A stretch of 64,000 nt of DNA, from NCBI RefSeq assembly GCF_964204645.1, contig NC_134036.1:3906001-3970000 (forward strand). Reading direction: 5' to 3'. How positions within the stretch are numbered: position 1 is the first letter of the stretch; every line of letters begins with the position of its first letter. This document shows positions 24,405 to 37,135 of the stretch, piece after piece. The notes beneath the pieces are model-generated. The model was not told the origin of the DNA. It saw nothing but the letters and a program-made list of their open reading frames with translations, and made no database searches. Source of the DNA: Tubulanus polymorphus. Its lineage: Eukaryota > Animalia > Nemertea. A program made the position numbers and the translations under genes.

Positions 24405-26730
24405 TCAGTTCCTCATGTAATACCCGGGCATCGACATGCCGGCCGCCGCGTTGGCGGGTATCGCGCCCGCGTTCAGGCTGCTAGCCGAGTGGCGCTGTTG
24501 CAGAGGCGGTACGCGGTTATTGCTGGCGTTCATTATCTCCGACATTTTCTCCGCTTTCACTTTTCGCAGGTGCGCTTTCGCCCGCCGATCCGGGTACGTT
24601 TCCAAGAACGTGTCGACGTCCATTTTCTTGTCGAGGAAATCTTCGGCCATGTTCTTCACGATGAAAGAAAAACAATTTTGAGATGTACATTAAGCGATAC
24701 ATGTACTCAACACGGGGACTTCTAATTATGAAACAGGTGTTGGCATCATCAGGGATAACCGGTACGTATTTTGTAAACATTAAAAAAAAATTCTTCACAT
24801 GTTTATCGACAGCCTATAACCACACCTCAAGACACTCTCACTATATCAGTGTAAAGTGTGGACGATCAGTTTTTGTAAGTTGTGCTGATAAAATGTCTAA
24901 TATCTGGTGTTTGTAGTTTATTTTCAATATAAAATGTCTCAGGTGAAGTACTTAACATATGTGAAGTGCAGACGATCAATTATTGAAAATTTGCAGATCA
25001 AATGTCTAATGTCTGGTGTTTGTAGTTTATTTTCAATATAAAATGTCTCAGGTGAAGTACTGAACATATGTGAAGTGCGGACGATCAATTATTGAAAGTT
25101 TGCTGATCAAATATCTAATATCTGGGGTTTGTAGTTCATATTCGATCAAAAATATCTTTCTGAAGGACCAAAAAATTGGAAGAATGTTAATAATCAAATG
25201 TCGAATGTTTGAAGGGGTGTGGGGTCCAGGCCGCATTAACACCGGGATAGCCTAAATAGCTTTTGCTTTTAATGTACCTCTGTTTCTTCGTCCAATGTCG
25301 AAGCTCCCGTCATCAACAGAGCGTGTACCGTGTCCAGCGATAAGTTGTTTCTACTGCTCCCTAGAACAAAAAAAAACGAACAAGGAACAATCTTTACCCT
25401 ATGATGTCTACTAGGGATGGCTAAATCAGTCTCATGGTGGTAAATCTATATAATTGCCTCGAGACTGACAATTCTGGTTCGCTCGAACTAGCTGGTGCTG
25501 CCATCTTTCGGTCTTTAGTCTAACTAAAAGCATTCTGGAATGCGGTAACTGTTTAAAACCATACGATACTAATTCAACCCACACAACTGTGGAACTGGAT
25601 TTGGCCTCAAATTATCAGATCCGGAGACAAACTAAGCCTACACAACTGTAGAACCAGGGCACGAGTCATGGAAATAGGGTCGAATTAAGTGGAATTAAAC
25701 ATACACAATTAAGGAATTCTATCCGGAGTCACATAAAAACGTCGATCTCAAAAGTTAAGAAGTTTTTTTTGCGAACCTATTCTCGCTTGTAACTCGTCGA
25801 ATTCCTGTCGAGCTTCTTTCATCGTCTCGAACGTCGCAGCCAATCGTTCTTTATCCTGCGTCAGTCTCGGCTCACGGGACAAATTGAACTCGGCTAAACT
25901 TTTGTTGCTCGCCATCATCATCTGACGCTCGGCTTGAAGTGTCTTCACCTGGAAAAATTAGAAAAACGAAATTCGTCGGGAAACTGCGAAGCCTCGATTC
26001 ATTCTAGGGATGATCTTCCCCGTGGGAATCCTCAATCGTGTTAAGCGAGGATCTTTCGAATTACCTCGATCGGGTCATGTAATGTCCTTCCCTGGGGAAT
26101 TCTCGATTTCGATTACCCTTGCAGTACCGACAAATCAATAGCTAAAAGTGCTGGGAATAATTTGAAAATGTAAAAAAATTCCACCCCAGTGCGTCGCATA
26201 ACGAGCACACCGCTTAAGTGCGGTGTATCGTTAGTTTCAATACGTTTAGCAGGAGCCGCCGTCTTTTGATAAAGATAGAAACAAATACCCGGTAACTAAT
26301 TTCATCAATGCACTGCAATGTACTAGCAATGTCCATCACTGCGGTGTAGCTCACTGACAGGGTGAAGTGCGGATCTCCCAAAAACTGTTGATTCACTCAA
26401 GAGTGAAGATCCCCGGTAATCCTACGTAGATTAGGTTTTTGTGAAGATAATCCCGAGGAACTACACTTAAAAACTTGACCAGGCGAAGATCTCCCAGAGG
26501 CATTTCGGTTCAATAACCTGTTGTAAATCTTTGATCAGTTCTTCCATTTTGCGATCGTTGTCCAACAGACGCTGCAACTCTTCACTGCTCAGGTGCTTCA
26601 GGATGCCGAGCGCGGCCGCCTCGTCGGGCTGCTGAGACTGGCGACTGCCGTTATACTGCTGACCGGGCGGCTCGTACGGCACGGGCGGCGGCTGCATTCC
26701 GCCTCCACTGCTGTAGTGGCGATACATCAT
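24405..26730 (-). CDS. VPS37: ESCRT-I subunit VPS37 (B/C-like, Mod(r) domain); complement(join(26518..26730,25777..25948,25278..25360,24405..24653)), ~238 aa
   Basis: LKHLSSEELQRLLD, MASNKSLAEFNLSREPRL and EETENMAEDFLD...FLETY...AHLRKVKAEKM are characteristic VPS37 segments; GT/AG junctions are phase-consistent (0,1,0), total 717 nt. Confidence 0.92.
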
Positions 26731-28318
26731 CGATACGCGCACGGATACCGCTGACTTCTCAAAACGAATACTAGTTAAAGTAAATGAGAACTAGTTACAA
26801 AAAACTCGTATGAATTCGAGCCCCATACAAATAAAAACTATCACTCAAATACAAAAAGCCTTGAAATTTTGGTTTCTCAAGAGACCAAACCGTGTCGGTT
26901 TATTTATCCCCTCAGTGACATGAAATTAACGTCAGGACGGCCGTGTTACCATTTTCTCTTATTTCTGGACAGAATAGGCGTTTATTTAGACTTTTAAGTT
27001 TCAGTTTCATCAGAATAGAATTAGACTCTTTAGTTTCACTTGACAATAGAACAGGGAACACAATCGTAAACTCTACCTGGGTTTTATGACGGGGTTCCTT
27101 TAATTCGTGCCTAAGTTGTTTAAAAAGATTTCTGAAATGTATACCGAAAAATTGACTCGACTCGAGGGAAAACTGTGTCTAAATCTGCGTATTTGAGTCG
27201 GAAATCGTCGAACCAGGAAGTAAATTTACGCAAATAATCGCGCGATGCGCCATCTGGCGGACGTGCTATTTTTCGCACGTAAACGACTTGTGGCTCGCGG
27301 CTGGCGTTGTCGCCGGTGCGGACAGTTCCACACACAAACATCGGTGATTTTACCTATTTCTATCTCTGAAGAAACTCTAAGACTTCGGTACGAGGAGTAG
27401 GACGAAAGTGTTTTTATCGCCTTTCATTAAAACATGAAAACAGATACAAATATGCTTACTATAATTACACCGGCTTATAACCTCTTCTTGCTTCTAAGCG
27501 TAAGTCCCTCAAGGATCAATACTTGGATTTTCAGTTTTCTATCTATTTTCCGTTTGGTCAAATTCGTGTACATGCACATACACCATTCGCACGAAGTATA
27601 TCGTGTTTTCCCCATCAATATCATACTCTTGACGAATGGAACTCGATCGGGTATTCTTCGGCAGGAACCATAGGTCGTCTTCTGAATTACTGGGCGTATT
27701 TCAGATTCCATGGTGAATTGATGTGAAGTGAATGTAAAATGCGAGTTTATGACAACAAGTTTTATTAGTACAGTGTAGTGTTGTTCACGATTCCATCGAA
27801 AGTATTTCACCATTAAAATAACGATTAATCTTCAGAGACCAGTGCCCGGTTGCTCAAATCCACCGGTTATCTTGACCAACCTTTCAGCAACCGACACCGG
27901 GTCGTTATAAACATGTTATAGTTTGCAACATCGAATTCGAATTTGCAACAAAACTTCGACCAACGCATGGAACTCCAGGCTGCCTGCAAAGCGGTTACAT
28001 CAACGTTATACATACAGATACAGATACACCAGATACAGATACAGAAGTCAATCGTTAAAACCGACGGTTTGGTATTGTTAATGTTTTAATCGATTTGGCA
28101 TTTTAAGGGTACAGTAGTATTAATGTGACAACTTGGTAATACAGCACACATCACCTAACTTGGTACAAACCGGCAAAACAGGACAGATGTCTGAGTTGGA
28201 AATTGGAAAATAAAATTGGAAATCACAAAAAGTCAGTAAGTCCGAGTTGGTCATCGACGAGTTAGGCGAGGTCGACTGTAATGCGCAAGCTATTTTATTT
28301 TCGTTACTAAAAAGTTTT

Positions 28319-31300
28319 TCATTTTCTTCTTTTATTCTTTGCTCGTATGGATTTCATATCGATAGTCAGTATGGTGTAAAGAAGTGGATTGAGGGACGAG
28401 TTTATCGGCAAGAAAAGAACCGCCAGCCAGGCCACCACCTGATTCGGTATTTCTACCCGAAATACCGTGCAAAACTGAACGATTATTAACGGCAGCCAGC
28501 AAAATAGATTACACAGATTTATCACCAAACTCCTACGTGCCAATATTAATTCTGTAGGGTCAATCCTACCAGAGCCAGACCTGCTTCCAGATACGAGTCT
28601 GTACATTTGCGCATAAGTCGACATTATTGTAACAAGTATGACAGAGTTGAACACGGCAAAAATTACGAATGAATATTGCCAGGCGTTGACCTCGATTGTA
28701 ATTAAATTCATAGGTAAACAAACTCCTGTACTGCCATAGAAGTTGTCTCCGAAATAAGATGACTGTGAAAGAGGTATCATAGAAATTGTACCTATGGATA
28801 ACCAACATACGCCACAAATAATGGACACATATTTCGGAGATGTAATCGGGCTTCCAGAAAATGGATTAACGATATTTGAAAATCTGTGTCGCGTTAGAAT
28901 AAGCAGAAAAGACAACGAGCCTTCACAAGAAATCGTCACCACAATTCCAGCGAAACTGCACAATGAACTGTCCGTCCAACTTTCCGAATAAAGAAAATAG
29001 ACTCCTTCATAGAGGTAATCCGCTCCCGCGATCAAAAACAAATAAACCGACATCAGAAAATCACAAGCTGCGATGTTGATGATTAGGATGTCAGAGGATG
29101 TGTTACGCTTTTCGGAGGACGATAGTCGAATTGATCGAAGACGAAATAAAACGACAACACTGTTGGCGAGGAAACTTAATGTGGCGATGACCCAAATGAT
29201 AGCTCTGAGGACTGTGTTGCCCATCAGATCAGAACAGGAGGAAAATTGATCAGCTTCTGGAAGGCACTGATCAACATTTGGTGCCATGCAGCAAAACTTG
29301 TATGCGTTTGATGCGAGAAAAGCCAGAGATGTCAGATTATTGAAAACGCCTTTTCCAACAGAAATAACTTTGGAATTGTTGGTTATATCAAGAAGTCTAA
29401 GTGACTGCAATCCAGAAAATGCATATATAGATATATCACGGATTCTGTTACCGCTGACATTCAGTGACTGTAGTGCGACCAAACCCTTGAAAACATTTTC
29501 TGCAAGGACCGATAGAGATAGTCCATAGAGATCGAGAACTCGAAGCGCCTTCATACCTAAGAAACTGCCTTCTACCAAATAGCTCAATGGATTGCCAGTA
29601 ATGAATAACTGTTCTAAACTATGCAAACCGGTGAACGTATTTTTAGATAAAGATGTTATGTTATTACATGTAAGGTCTAATGTGTGTAGATTATGAAGGT
29701 TTGAAAACGAAGCTGATAATATGTGAGACAATTCATTGAATGAGATATTTAACATACGAAGATATACGAAAGAAGATAAGGTTGATTCGCTTAAACGAAT
29801 TCTATTGCCCGACAAAATCAAAACTCGAGTTGATGCGGAGAAGAGACCAGTGATATTTGATAAACCAGTTTTTCCACAATCGATCGAATAACCTTGACAC
29901 CTGCAATATGTAGGACACGTGACGTTACAGAAAGCCTCGTCATCAGTTGTGTGTTTACAATTTACGAAACCATCACAAACTTCAGATTGTGGAATACACC
30001 GATTTTCCTGACCACATTTAAACATTCCCGGACAAGAAAATGTCTCGCAGTTTTGTTCATCTTCTGAATTAGGACAATCTGATTGACCGTCGCACACCTG
30101 TCTGATCGGTATACAGTAAGACGCAGGACATTTCACAGTGCCAGCTGGACATTCAAATTCTTCACATTTCAAAATGTGCTCAAGATTTCTACAAACTGGG
30201 AAACCATTTGTCATTCTATCTAGAATGCATCTGTGATGTCTTGAATAACAATGTGGAGAATTGAAAGAACATCTTTGTTCATCAGATTTTGTGCAAAGAT
30301 TAGTGAAGTTAGTCGTACAGTGGTTTTCATTGTCGCAGTGAACGGTAGGATTCACAATAACACTAGTTTCTACGAATTCATCTTCTTCAAGACTTCCGCT
30401 ACAATCCACAACACCATCCTGATACAACTGAGAACTGATACAGTCTCCACTGTTACACATGAACCCTTGACACAGTTCAGCAGTGCATCCACTTTCATCG
30501 GAGCCGTCCTTACAATTGAAGATGCCATCACACCTTTTAGATTTACCGACACATTGACCATTTTTACAGCGAAATTGTTCAGACGAACACGGAGGATGAA
30601 AACACGAGTTCTCATCAGAACTATCCACACAATCGTGCATGAAATCACAGAATCCACTTATTGATATAACCTGACCATCATAGCATTGAAACTGACTGTG
30701 CAGATTGATATCCCTACAATTGAGTTCATCTTCACCGTGTTGACAGTCGTGTCTGGTATCACATACGCGATGGTCGCTGATACATCTTTGATCGTTACAT
30801 TTAAACTGCCACAATTTACAACCGCTTATAGAAGCTAACTCTTCGCCAGTTACATTGTAGGAACACAGAACAGAATGCGCTGTATATGTTTGGTTTTCCC
30901 AGGGCATCAATAACCAATCAACCGATTTATTATACGTTATTTCATCTCTGGTAACAAACGGTTTTATTGTCTTCGATTGATTGCTAGAATCCTTAGTTAG
31001 AATAGCGCCATATTGGTGCTGATAACGAAATCTTCCAACCAAATTTTCGACTTCTGTCGCCACCGATATCGCACCTATATCACCGCTGATGCCACGACAC
31101 ATTTCTCTCGCGCTTCCAATATCTAAACTTCGGTTTTTGTCCCAATTTGTCAGTATATGAAAACATCGTCCGGCTATACCTACCCAACCGCGAGTACAGG
31201 TTGCGTTAAACATATTGTTATCAACCTTATCCTCATTCCCAGTCGGAGAAGTTTCGTCATCCGTCCTATTGCTATCTTTTCCAGTTGCATTTTTATCATC

Positions 31301-34300
31301 GTTGATTCTGTCCGTTTCGCACATGAAAGTCGTGTGAACCTCATCAATTCCGCAGGGGAATCGAACCCAGTTCGCCGAACCTCGTGGATTATTCAGTATC
31401 ATCGCCGAACATGGCATATTGACGTCTTGTATTGGTTGTTTTCTCAGGGGAGATATCAATCCTTGAATAACTTCTGGTATCGTTTCGTTGTTACTCGGCG
31501 GCCGGTACCACTCTGTGTAGCTCATCGGTTTCCCATCGGTCCACGTGTAACGACCAGTTGTCAACTGAGAAAATAGAATAAAACATTGTATTATCGGGCA
31601 TATAAAAAACCCACTCAAGTAATAAAGAAATAAAGTACGATTTAGCTAAAGTTGGTTCGACGTTCACGGGCTTTATCGGTAACTATTATACAGGTTCTCT
31701 GACATTTCTACCCAATTCACCATATCTCCATTAACGATTTCTTTTGCCAAACCATATCGATAAGTCCCGTTCTCTACATATTAAAGGTTAGGTTGGGTTT
31801 AAACAATATTTGAAAATATATATTGATTTCCATTGGTAACTAACTGGACTGAGACAAGAGAGGAAATATTGAAAATCTCTTGAAAATCTCTCTTCTCTTT
31901 GTTCTGGATCTCTTAGTTAGTTGTATTGTTGGTCTTATAGATTTTCTTTTTATTGTTTTATAATCATATTTCATTATATATAATGCACCTGTAATTTCAA
32001 GCCGATCATTATTATGAGCGCTTTTCTCGAAAATGCCATCTTCATCAGTCGTCTTACAGCGAATAACGTTTTGATAGCCATCATCTCCTCTTCTGAGTTG
32101 ATACTGAGTAGATTTCCCGCGTACTTCTGTCTACAGTACAATTCAGCATTCTCCCAATTCAGACGTACTTTTCTGATGAATTTCACGCAGGAAAATCCCG
32201 AATCTAAAAGCCCTGCTGATTCGCAGACTCTGTCGCGTTGTTTCGGCATTAGATTCTGTTCTAAGACGTATTGTATGTGAAATCTGGGTATTCTGTTTTT
32301 CACCTCGAGCCACTGCGGTTCTTCCTGCAGACTATAGAATGTAATTCCCGGTACACCGTACGTTTCGCATAGTTTATTCTCGTGACGGGCGTTACTCCTC
32401 TCTTTTCTTCCGTCGTTGTAGATGACCTCCTGCACGAATACGACCGCTTCTGTTTTGTATCGCGATTCTTTGACGCACGGCGCTTCTTCCATATCTTTGA
32501 TAACGAATCGGTAATACTGAATTCGCGCGCGGTTCACCCCGAACCTGACGTTGTATTTCAAAACGACGTCTGAAATGCCAGCCGTTCCCGGGTAGTTCGG
32601 TGACTGCATGACTCCGCAATCGACCACACGACGCTCCGTCCAAATGATGTGTTCGTTGTGCTTTCTCAATCTTTGGCAGGTGCGCCGCAATTCGACGATG
32701 AACGCGAACCTCCAGAAAAAATCGGCCGTGTCGATTTGCACAGTGTAGACAACGCTGTTATTGTTGAGGCGCTGGCTACTGAGCAGGATATATTTTATAC
32801 ATTGCCTGGAATGGTACATAGGGAACAGATGATCGGGCACGTGCGAGCAGATTTCGTATTCGTACGGCGTCAATATGTAAATACTACGAGGCGCAACCTG
32901 TCGGTTTTCGGGCATTATCCTGAAACAGCGCGACGTCACCGTAACCCAGCGCTCTCCTTGTCGCAGAGTGTAGCCGTCACAGTCAGTCGGGCGTAACTTC
33001 AAACTCGCTTTCCTCCGATCGTATACCAACCTCTTGCCCTGACAATTGTATGTGTAGCCAACTACGATAACCGGGCCGCCCGAGGTAATCAGACTGACGA
33101 CGCTGCGTCGATAACCCCACGAACTGGGGCAATACGGACCGTATCGTCTAGCCGTGAAATTACCACCGTCGTATATGTAAAATCCGACGTTTTCGCAATC
33201 AACCGATAACACCCCTAGTTCGAGACTCTGTTCAGTTATTTGGACTTTCCAGGTGAATTCGTACGCGTTTACGTTATATTTCAACGTCCTCGTTGGTGAT
33301 GGAAGCATCGTGAAATATGGCAATGACGCCGGAGCAAGATAGCCGCGTATCTGAAATAAATTCGAAGGAATTAATGAATTCAGTGGCAGTATAATTAAGA
33401 TATCGTCAACCCCTGATATACCGCCAACATCGGTAATCTAGAATTCCAGCGGTATATTGTTAATTTTGACTACTTCTATGACAAAAACACATCACAGAAT
33501 ATACAGCACTGGAAAACCCTGGCTCTACGTGGGGATATTCGGTTTAACATCATTAAAACGAAATCATAGAAATTTGAAATGTGATACGGAATCATTTAGT
33601 TGAGTATTTCGTATTATAACAACTGACTCTAAAGTTGTAAAAGAGGTCGGAACATAATCTATTCGATATTCAATTATTCCGTCAGCTCCTGCCACAACAA
33701 CAAACGCGTTTGCGTTAGCAAACATCAATCGAGACAAAAATAAGTATTCACGCACTTACCGAAGGCTTATGAATGCGAAACTCTGATAATGAAAGCAATT
33801 TCATTCTGAATTCTATTCTCACATTCATATTTGTGATGTTCGGTCTGGTAAGAACGCACAGTGTGACGAGAAATCCTTCAGATTTGAAACTCAGTGATTT
33901 CAGGTAGTTATAACCGAGTAAAATATCAGTTCCTACAACGCGTAACCCTTCTTGTTTATATACACCGATTAAGTCATCGGATGTTACGAGATCACGTGTC
34001 CAGTTGAAGACGACGTACTGTAACACCTGCACTGTGATAGACCAGCAGTGTAAGTGTTTTGATCGAGTTATTACGTGTAAACTGTTGTCATCGGGAATGA
34101 GCACTCCCGAATCGTTATTAGAGACCTGAATCAACGGATTAGAGACGTTCCAATCTGATATTCTGTATATCTGGATTAAAAGCTCAGTCGTTGTCTTGCG
34201 TTGATCCGACACGAAAATGGCGGCTTTATTAGTTTTGGTATAAAACGATGACGGCTGCTGTCCGCTTTGTACGCCTATAAGCGCTATCGGTTCACTGCTG

Positions 34301-34983
34301 ATGTTCCAGCTGTCGTAGATTCGAAAACTCGCCGTTGGATCGACGCCGGCGCCAGGGTATAGTTTCAGGTCCAAATCTACGAATGTGAAATTCATCGCCA
34401 AACCATCCGGGATGTCGATCCATTCGATGAACAACTGACATCGGAAATTAAGGTACATCGCGAATTTGTATCCGGTCGATGTGTTTAACTTATTCACTTT
34501 AAAATACGATCTCCCGCAGCTGTGAGTGATTCTCAATTGGTTTCTTTCGTAACGATATATGATATAAACCCGACTACCTCGCGCACCATCGACGTTACTT
34601 CTAAACATTAATGAGATCGAATCGTTACGAACGATGTCGTATTTTCCGTTACCGCATATGGTCTTCCCGTCGACGAATAGGTAGTTATCGCTGCAGAATA
34701 TTGACAGCTCGATATCGTAGTACGTTTCGACGTGAAAAGTTCCCGGTAAAGAGCTGTTGACGAACCAACGACATTCAACACCGCGCGTTAACGAAGGGTA
34801 ATTCGGCGAAGCGATGTAACCGGACGTAGAATCTAGCGGGTTCCACGTATTGTTACAAGACGAACTTACCGTCACAGACGATTCCTCGATAGAGTCTGCG
34901 CGATCAGCGCGCGCGATGCGAACTTGACAGACGATCAGCGACGCTAACAGCGTTCTCAGTCGCTGCTCCATACCGAACAACAT
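28319..34983 (-). CDS. GRL101: Array copy 1 (exon-3 type A): CUB/C-type lectin/LDLa/LRR GRL101-like GPCR; complement(join(33760..34983,31989..33350,28319..31564)), ~1943 aa
   Basis: Donor TCG|gtaagt at 33760, acceptor tttatttcag at 33350, donor CAG|gtgcat at 31989, acceptor ttttctcag at 31564, all phase 0. CUB (SGYIASPNYP), CTL (IMIGLKLQ|LTTGRYTWTDG), LDLa repeats (CDGQSDCPNSEDE), LRRs, hinge AYKFCC...FSSCSDLM, 7TM ending PINSSLNPLLYT. Confidence 0.85.
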
Positions 34984-36354
34984 CAACACGGTGATGAAAG
35001 ATCAAAATTTCTAAAATCTGTCCGATCAAAAAATACATTACTCTGGTGGAGCCATGAATACTTCAACTACTCGCTTGTCTTGTTTCAAATGAGCGATTTC
35101 GATGCCGGATTTACAGTGAATAAAGAATGAGACTATGCCTCGGATTTCCTCACTATATCGACGACGCCCGCGGGGTATGTATACATCGTGTTTTCCAATG
35201 GAATCCATTCCCTGCGGCATCATTTTTTAGGATATCGTATTTGATTTCCTATTGGATTTCTGACTTTGCTTTTGACTTCGATATACATCTAGGCATACAT
35301 AGATAATATCGACATCTGCTAACAGGTTGGTTTTTGAAATGAAAATTTACTATTTTTTTTTGTAAATTTAGCAAAGTATTGATAACTTGACCTGGAAAAT
35401 TCTAAAACCTCAACATGTTGTCTTATCATTTTAAAATGGAAATGCCTTAAGAAATAAATGCTTTTAGCCCTCCAAAATACCCCTTAATACCCGGCGTCCC
35501 TAAAGATTAATACTTGTACAGTGAAGCCCGCTTCAAATCGGATTACTCCGACTACTAAAAATCCGACCTTAACAGATTTTAATATCAATCTAACCATACC
35601 TTTCGCATCAAATAATTTCTTGTTCGCTTTCTCCCTATCTTTTTTTAAAAAATATATTTCAATCTAAACACCTCTTTCTCGAGACTCTTTTGCCTTAAAA
35701 AATTCCCCAATTATTCTAAAAAATAATAATTCACTATTTTTTGGATCACGAAAAAAAGACGTCTATTTTCAGGATTGAAATATCATCAGGACCTAAAATT
35801 AAATACTTATTTGCTGACGGTAAAAATCTTCTCCGCTGCAGTCATTTTTTTTAAATACACATCAATCTATACACCTCTTTCTCGAGACTCTTTTGGCTTT
35901 AAAAATTTCCCAAATTATTCTACAAAATAATAATTCACTATTTTGGAATCATAAAAAAGACGTCTATTTTCAGGATTCAAATATCATCAGGACCTAAAAC
36001 TAAATACTTATTTGCTGTCGATAGAAATCCTCTTCGCTGCAGTCAAATTCAATCTGCAACAACACGAGGCTGAGCACTCCTATTAGAAATCAATTCGCAT
36101 TATCATTACCATATCTTTAAAATTTATGTAGAGATAAATTCTTGATTGAAGATAAACAACAAACACTAGATATAAGACATTTTATCACTGAACGTTTAAC
36201 AAGTGATCGTCGGCACTTGAGAATCGAGAATGATCAGTAAATACTCGACATTCGGGATTTCACCACAGGAATTTTCGATTGGAGATGAACTACAAACACT
36301 AGATATGTTATAAGACATTTTATCGCCACAGTATTAATGGTTGATCGTCCAAAT

Positions 36355-37135
36355 CCGCCACGTAAAATCCCCCGGTGAATATCCCCCTGGGTAAAAATAC
36401 CACCGGCAAAAATCACCCGAAATTCAAGTTTAAACTAGTGTATAAGACTAAGATAAAATACCCAGAAAAAAATGTTGGTAATGATTTTGCGATATTTGAA
36501 CACCGATATCTTATTATAAACTTGAACTCGAACTTGAACTTGAACTTATATTTATTGCGCCGTATATAACATTTATACATAGAATAAGACATACAATAAA
36601 TTTACAGGGCAAAACATTAAAGAATGACATTTAATATAGAGTACATAATACATTATTATAATATAATTATATTATTGTCATAATATATTATGACTTTCGA
36701 ATTATTTTTTTTTTCATAGAAATCCTCAAAACTACAATCGTGTCAATTTTGATGCATGTAACTTGCATGCTTGCTGAAAGTCACAGAATATTGTAATTCT
36801 GATATTGTGACTAATACCATACATAGTTTTGGATTCATGATAATCTATCAACATGAGAACGTTGAGACATTTAAATCAGTCGAGAATCACAATATCCGTG
36901 ATGAGACGATGAGTAAAAATCCAACAATAAATGTACGAATCTAAGAAGTTCATTACAAAAATTCTAGATATTGCGGGTGGTTGCCGCCACCCTTCTTCGG
37001 CCTAAAATGACTTTACAAATAAATCTCGTATTTTGTTGACATTTAGTTGGTTTTGTTTTGAAATAAAATTTGGGAGACATTTTTTAACCTACGGGGGATG
37101 CTTACGTAGGGATTTTTACGGGGGGGGGGGTGTTG
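36355..37135. mobile_element. Foldback/MITE-like element with C-rich left and G-rich right subterminal repeats, present upstream of each array gene
   Basis: cgtaaaatcccccggtgaatatccccc... versus ...gggggatgcttacgtagggatttttacggggg; homologous copies at ~47600-48200 and ~58410-59220. Confidence 0.4.
36518..36691 (-). mobile_element. Copy-specific 5'-truncated retroelement 3' end with (GTTCAA)n tail
   Basis: Absent at the homologous positions (~47760, ~58575); flanked by a tattat direct repeat; minus strand ends aataaatataagttcaagttcaagttcgagttcaagtt. Confidence 0.6.

Noticed and set aside
31974-34989. Treating the 413-aa and 449-aa ORFs (and their paralogs) as stand-alone genes
   Set aside because: The 449-aa ORF begins at an acceptor without a signal peptide and ends in the middle of a CTL domain at a donor; phases match splicing into the receptor
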